From positions 97,859,604 to 97,923,603 of the forward strand of contig NC_092383.1 in assembly GCF_030028105.1 (NCBI RefSeq): a DNA stretch of 64,000 bases. Direction: 5' to 3'. The notes beneath the pieces were generated by a model. The model was given only the letters and a program-made list of their open reading frames with translations, had not been told where the DNA came from and ran no database searches. The position numbers were made by a program, and so were the translations under genes. Source of the stretch: Mobula birostris (Eukaryota). Positions 58,516 through 64,000 of this stretch are shown piece by piece (position 1 is the first letter of the stretch; each line of letters starts with the position of its first letter).

Positions 58516-59714
58516 CCAGCGGTCCCCAACCACTGGGCCGTGGACCGGTACCGGGCCACAAAGCATGTGCTACCGGGCCGCAAGGAAATGATTTGATTTG
58601 GCGATATGAGTCAGCTGCACCTTTCCTCATTCCCTGTCATGCACTGTTGACCTTCAACGCATGCGAGGACCTTACCCACGTATCATCCATGTCAGCGCGG
58701 GAAGGAGATCAACTCCTCGAACTTGCAAATGACAGCGGGCTGAAAAGTATGTTTGACATAACATCTCTGCCGGCATTCTGGATCAAAGTCAAGGCTAAAT
58801 ATCCTGAGATAGCCATGAAGGCACTGAAAACATTGCTTCCATTTCCAACATATCTCTGCAATGAATGCAATGAAAACTAAATTGCGGAATAGACTGGACA
58901 TAAGGAAGCTCCTTTGAGTATCGCTGTCTCCCATCACCCCTTGATAGGACCGTTTTGTTGCAGGGAAACAAGCCCAGGGCTCCCACTGATTCAGCGATAT
59001 TGGTGTGTTGCAATGATTTTATATGTTCATATGGGGAAAATATGTGCTGTGTGTTTAATATCTAAACGTTACTTGAAATGTTATAATGCTATTGACTTAT
59101 AAGTGACTTATATAACCATATAACAATTACAGCACGGAAACAAGCCATCTCGGCCCTTCTAGTCCATGCCGAATGCTTACTCTCACCCAGTCCTGCACTC
59201 AGCCCATAACCCTCCATTCCTTTCCTGTCCATATACCCATCCAATTTTTCTTTTAATGATAATATCGAACCTGCTTCTACCACTTCTACTGGAAGTTCGT
59301 TCAACACTTACTTCAAGCTCCCCTGTCCTCCCCTGATAATTGACTTATCACAATATTCATGCGAGGAAAATATGCGGTGTGTGTTTAATATTAAATTTGT
59401 TAGGTAAACCCTTTTAGAAATGAAATTGAGTGTATTAGCCACTTATCACCTGCAGTTCAATCATGATTAACGCCCCCCACAGACAGAATCGCCAAAAACG
59501 ATTTGTAGAAAAAAAAGGGCACGTACACGCTTGCGCACACAGGTGCCCGCGCAAGGCTTCATGGCCATTGTAGTCTTTCTTGGGGTAAACACAACATATT
59601 TCACTGCTATTCTTGTCCGTTGGCAACCATCTGCCCCCCCCCCCCCGTTGGCCGGTCCGCAAGAATATTGTCAATATTAAACCGGTCCGCAGTGCTTAAA
59701 AGGTTGGGGACCCC
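58516..59714. mobile_element. hAT/Charlie-like non-autonomous transposon in the protease region, containing a CR1 tail (about 59110-59320)
   Basis: TIRs CAGCGGTCCCCAACC and GGTTGGGGACCCC; imperfect TSD GTTCTAGT/GTTCTAAA; remnant FWIKVKAKYPEIAMKALKTLLPFPTYLC (hAT dimerisation-like). Confidence 0.8.
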
Positions 59715-60397
59715 GTTCTAAAGTTTGGTGATGAGACTGCCATTGGTGAGGTAAATCTTACTAAAGGCATTGGGGGTGACACTGTTTCTGTACCTCTGCA
59801 CAAGGTAATTTTGAAGTCAGAGTTAGTTTCAGGACCTGTTAAGATAGGACTATGACCCAGTTTACGGTGACAGGTGTTTCTTTGTTATTAGGGAATGACC
59901 TAGCTGGTGGCAAAGTTGTCCCTGCTGTGCAGCTGACAATTAAGCCAATCACTGATGATCCAACGATAGATTCTAACATTTATCCCTCGTGTGCAGTAAC
60001 TCGAGCTAGGGCAAAGAAACTTGCAAATGCAGATGATCCTGTGCAGCATGGTTCCGCTGCTCATGATAGCCCAAACAGGGACTCAGATTTTGGTGACTTG
60101 TCAGCGAATTTCCTGCCTTCATTGTTTGACCAAGATTCTTGTATTAGGTCTGACTATAATGACTTGTTTTTGTCCAGAAAGGATTTATAGCAGAACAGAA
60201 CAGAGACCTTGAGATTGCAACCTTGAGGGGAAAAAGCTCTCTCAGGTGATGAGATTGAGAAAGTGCCAGTGGGGTATTATATCAAGGATGGGGTGTTAAT
60301 GAGGAAGTGGAGACCACCTGATATTTTTGCAAGTGAGAAACGGGCAATTGTTTACCAGGTTGTAGTTCCTGAAGTCTATAGGAATTAGATTTTAACT

Positions 60398-61420
60398 TTG
60401 CCCCATAGTATGCCCTTGGGTGGCCATCTAGGTGTGAATAAAACTGTGGACAAGGTTTTGAAACAATTCTCCTGGCCTAGTTTGAGGAAAGATGTTGCGA
60501 CATTTTGTCGAACTTGTCATAGTGGTCAGGTTGTGGCTAAACCTAATCAGGTTACCCCAGTGGCCCCACTGCAGCCTATTCCTGCATTTGGTGATCCCTT
60601 TTCTAAAGTTATTGTGGATTGTGTTGGCCCATTGCCAAAGAGTAAAGCTGGCCATCAGTATTTGTTAACCATCATGTGTACAGCATCTAGATTTCCAGAA
60701 GCAATACCTCTTAGGAATGTAAAAGCTCAAACTGTGTCAAAGGCTCTCATAAAGTTTTTCACTTTATTTTGTATGCCTAAAGAAATCCAGTTTGATCAAG
60801 GAAGTAATTTTATGTCAGGATTATTTCAGTAGGTAGTTTATGAACTGGGAGCCAAACAAACTGTGTCATCTGTGTACCATCCAGAATCCCAAGGGGCCTT
60901 AGAAAGATTCCATTCTACCCTCAAAACCATGATTAAGGCATCCTGTATTGAAAATGAGAAGGATTGGGATGAGGAAGTTCACTTGCTTTTATTTGCAGTA
61001 AGGGAGTCGGTGCAAGAGTCCCTAGGCTTTAGCCCCTTTGAACTTGTGTTTCGGCACCAGGTCCGAGGACCTTTGGCTTTATTAAAAGAACAGTGGATTA
61101 ACAATAAACTGCATATTAATTTGCTGGATTACGTTTTAAAATTCAAGGGCATATTGCAAAGGGCTTGCAACTTAGAAAAGGAAAATTTAAAATCAGCCCA
61201 GGAAGGAATAAAAACTTGGTATGATAAGGGAGCCAAATTGAGGTCATTCCAGGCAGGAGATAAAGTCCTTGTGTTGTTCCCAGTCCAGACAAACCCTCTG
61301 CAAGCCAGGTTTCATGGTCCCTATGAGATTGTGTCTAAAGTCAATGTGGTGGATTATGTAGTCAAAACACCAGATAGACGAAGGCCAATGCAGCTTTGTC
61401 ACATAAACATGCTTAAGCTG
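60398..61420 (+). pseudogene. pol: Integrase domain
   Basis: GHLGVNKT, CRTC, VIVDCVGPL, DQGSNF, YHPESQGALERFHSTLK. Confidence 0.92.
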
Positions 61421-61742
61421 TATCATCAGAAACAGACAGAAGCTGTGACTGTTGTTGTCAATAACAATGAATCTAACCTCTCTGGGAACTTATTAGCTGA
61501 TCCATCTGAGGCCTATTTTAAACCAAAAATTATTTCAGCCAGACTGACGAATTTGACTGTTTTGGAAATTCTTGATGAGAAATTGGCTCATGTATAACCA
61601 CAGCAATGGCAGCAAATGAAGCAGTTGATCATGAAATTTAGGGACTTGTTCTCTAATGTCCCAAAAAGAACCACAGTAGCTTCACATGATGTAGCTGTCG
61701 GGGATGCCAAACCTATAAAACAACATCCATATTGCATGAATA

Positions 61743-62965
61743 TTGAAAAATGTAGAGTTGCTGAACAAGAAATTGAGTATGTTAGAAAATAGTATTATTA
61801 AGCATTCTACTTCATATTGGATCTCAGCTTGTGTTACGGTACCTAAAGCAGGTGGTAGTATCAGGTTTTGCACTGATTACAGAAAGGTGAATGCTATAAT
61901 AAAAACAGGTGCTTATCTCATCCCTAGAGTGGATGATTGTGTAGACAAGGTTGGAAAAGCTAAGTTTCTTACAAAGATCGATCTCTTAAAAGGATATTGG
62001 TGTGTTCCATTAACAGAGAGAGGTAGAGAAATTACTGCATTTCTAATGCCTTCTGGGTTGTATGAATACAATGTTCTGCCACTTGGAATGAAAAATGCTC
62101 CAAGAACATTCCAGAGAATGATTAATTCTGTAATTCAAGGGTTAGATCACATGGATGCCTATATTGATGATTTTGTCACAGGGAATGACACATGGGAAGG
62201 CCATATCTCTGCAGTGGAAAAGCTGTTTGACAGGCTCTCAAAGGCCAAACGTACACTTAACTTAGCTAAGAGTGAATTTGGCTATGCCACTGTGACCTAT
62301 CTCGGTTATGTTGTAGGTCAGGGCAGGCTGGCTCCTGTTCAGGCAAAAGTTCAGGCAATTTCTGAGGTTCCCATTCCAACCAGTAAAAAAGCTCTCAGAA
62401 GATTATTGGGACTGGTTGGATATTATTGCAAGTTCTGTAAAAACGTTGCTGATATTGCTCTCCCATTGACTAACCTCCTGAAGAAGAGTGAAAAGTTTGT
62501 TTGGACAGAGCCTTGTCAGGAGGCATTTGATAAATTGAAAGCCATCTTCTGTCACCAACCTGTGCTCAGGTCAGCTGACTTTGCAAAGCCATTCTCCATA
62601 GCTGTGGATGCCAGTGATGAAGCTGCAGGAGCAGTGTTACTACAAAGGATGATTATGATGATGTTGACCATCCTGTGGCTTACCTTTCAAAGGAATTCAA
62701 TGAGCATCAAATATATTACTCCACAATAGAGAAGGAATTATTATCACTTATTTTGGCATTGTGGCATTTTGATGTGTATGTTTGCCCAGCTCAGAAACCA
62801 CTTGTGGTTTATACAGATCATAATCCATTGGTGTTTTTGAGTAAGGTGAAAAACAAAACTATAAGGTTGTTAAGTTGGAGTTTGATTTTGCAGGAGTATG
62901 ATCTCTTGATAACTGACATTAAAGGCAAGGATAATATAATAGCCGATTGTCTTTCCAGATGTTAA
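61743..62965 (+). pseudogene. pol: RT and RNase H domains
   Basis: RFCTDYRKVN, KIDLLKGYW, PLGMKNAP, YIDD, VDASD, EKELL, YTDHNPL, NIIADCLSR. Confidence 0.92.
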
Positions 62966-63133
62966 GCTTGCTATATATTTTTTTTAATAGTGGAGTTGAA
63001 TTTACTATTTGTATACGGTTCTGCAATATGTTGTATTAGTCTGTAGTATTCTATATGGTAACCTTATATGTATTGTTCTATATATGCAGTTTGCAGGTAA
63101 AATTTTACTCTTACAGATCAAAATTTTTCTTTT

Positions 63134-63143
63134 TGGTGGGAGG
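63134..63143 (+). promoter_or_regulatory. Polypurine-tract-like sequence
   Basis: TGGTGGGAGG immediately before the TG of LTR 2. Confidence 0.55.
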
Positions 63144-63820
63144 TGTTACGTGACCACTGTTTCGTTTACTGTGAGTGTCACTTTAACACACCAGGATCAG
63201 GTGGGACTATGATGTCAGTATAACAAGTTGTGATGGACCGCTGGAATTTTCAGTAGTAAGAAGAGAGAGAGAGAGAGGAAGCTTTGGACCGCAAGCTGCC
63301 AGCAGGGGCTTTCTGTAAAATGGGTAAAGTCTGATACTTTCCCATGCCCAAAGGATTGGGTTGATCAACACATTGGATGTGTGATTCATATGTGGATTTT
63401 TGTTGGAGTATCCTGTGGCAACCACTTTTGTTGACCCTTACCTGGATTCGGGTGTGTTATATGGTAACCACTTGTGCTGAAGGACATTCCGTGACTGTCA
63501 CCTTGTGATATTTCTACGAGGATTTCGGAATGACTCGACGGATAAGATCTTCGGTGACTGTTACTTCATTTACCCAGCGTGAAAACTGTGAAACTTTTCG
63601 TGATTGCCTCCTCTCTACATCTTAACGTGGTTACAAACCTCTCCCATAATTTATTCCGTGGATTATTGGACCTTTTCTAGTTTGCCATCTGTAGATTTAA
63701 AAACCATTCCTAAGCTTGACAGTTTGGGAGCCACACACACATATAACACTGTTAACTTCTGTTTATTTCGTTTAATCTTTTATATTTTTGTATAGATACT
63801 AATAAAGATAGTGGTTTTAA
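63144..63820 (+). repeat. LTR 2, 3' end deleted, followed by a second PBS, 5' UTR and gag start
   Basis: TGTTACGTGACC start. Homology to LTR 1 stops after GTGGTTTTAA, then GGGGTTCAGCCGCAAT and gag ATG at 63929. Confidence 0.88.
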
Positions 63821-64000
63821 AAGATAGGGGTTCAGCCGCAATCTGAACAAAATTGGAGCTTCCTGATTGATTATCGATCTGATTGGTTACCTCTCTTTTG
63901 ATTGAGTTGTGTTTGGAAACCAGCAGCAATGGATATTGAGGGATGCCTGGCATTGACAACCCCTGAGGCATTAGGGGAAGCCTAAAAGGATGACTTGTTG

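Larger units (their letters stand above)
55796..64000 (+). mobile_element. Gmr1-like Ty3/Gypsy LTR retrotransposon (gag-PR-IN-RT-RH), decayed, in tandem with a second internal region
   Basis: LTRs, PBS, gag with CHYCRKAGHVMANC, protease RDTGA, integrase upstream of RT (YIDD) and RNase H, PPT. Confidence 0.92.

Noticed and set aside
1-64000. Prokaryotic systems (CRISPR arrays, operons, defence genes), rRNA or tRNA genes
   Set aside because: Spliceosomal exon structure and vertebrate retroposons throughout; tandem repeats lack unique spacers; only PBS-length tRNA complementarity was seen.

Overview
Eukaryotic (vertebrate) genomic DNA, not prokaryotic. The repeat landscape (CR1, L2, Rex1/Babar, fish-type L1, Penelope, Tigger, hAT, Gmr1-like LTR element, class I ERV relics) suggests a cartilaginous fish, probably a ray; this is an inference. 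The host content is two tandem paralogous + strand genes for immunoglobulin-superfamily receptors of the CD2/SLAM (CD48/CD58-like) type. Gene A starts upstream of the window: V1 (1-98, partial), V2 (7156-7458), a decayed V exon (9999-10086), V3 (12049-12351), a transmembrane exon (20869-21021), a second paralogous TM exon only 43 nt downstream (21065-21237) and a possible short terminal exon (24075-). Gene B: ETS-rich promoter, leader exon (39742-39793), V1 (47761-48081), V2 (50222-50524), V3 (54350-54652), then a Gmr1-like LTR retrotransposon running off the window end. All V exons are phase 1-1 and lack the canonical disulfide cysteines, and I found no C2 exon, so the predicted receptor is leader-V-V-V-TM-short tail rather than the usual V-C2. 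Other notable structures: a 242-bp inverted copy of the gene A V3 splice acceptor and exon start; a 137-bp Penelope hairpin with two hammerhead ribozyme motifs; an L1 with a twin-priming-type 5' inversion and 15-bp TSD; apparent gene conversion among V exons; a 2.7-kb G/A-rich minisatellite; and a tandem LTR-internal-LTR-internal element whose two gag copies share a stop codon. Exon and junction coordinates were counted by hand. Transposon fragment ends are approximate. No database searches were run.
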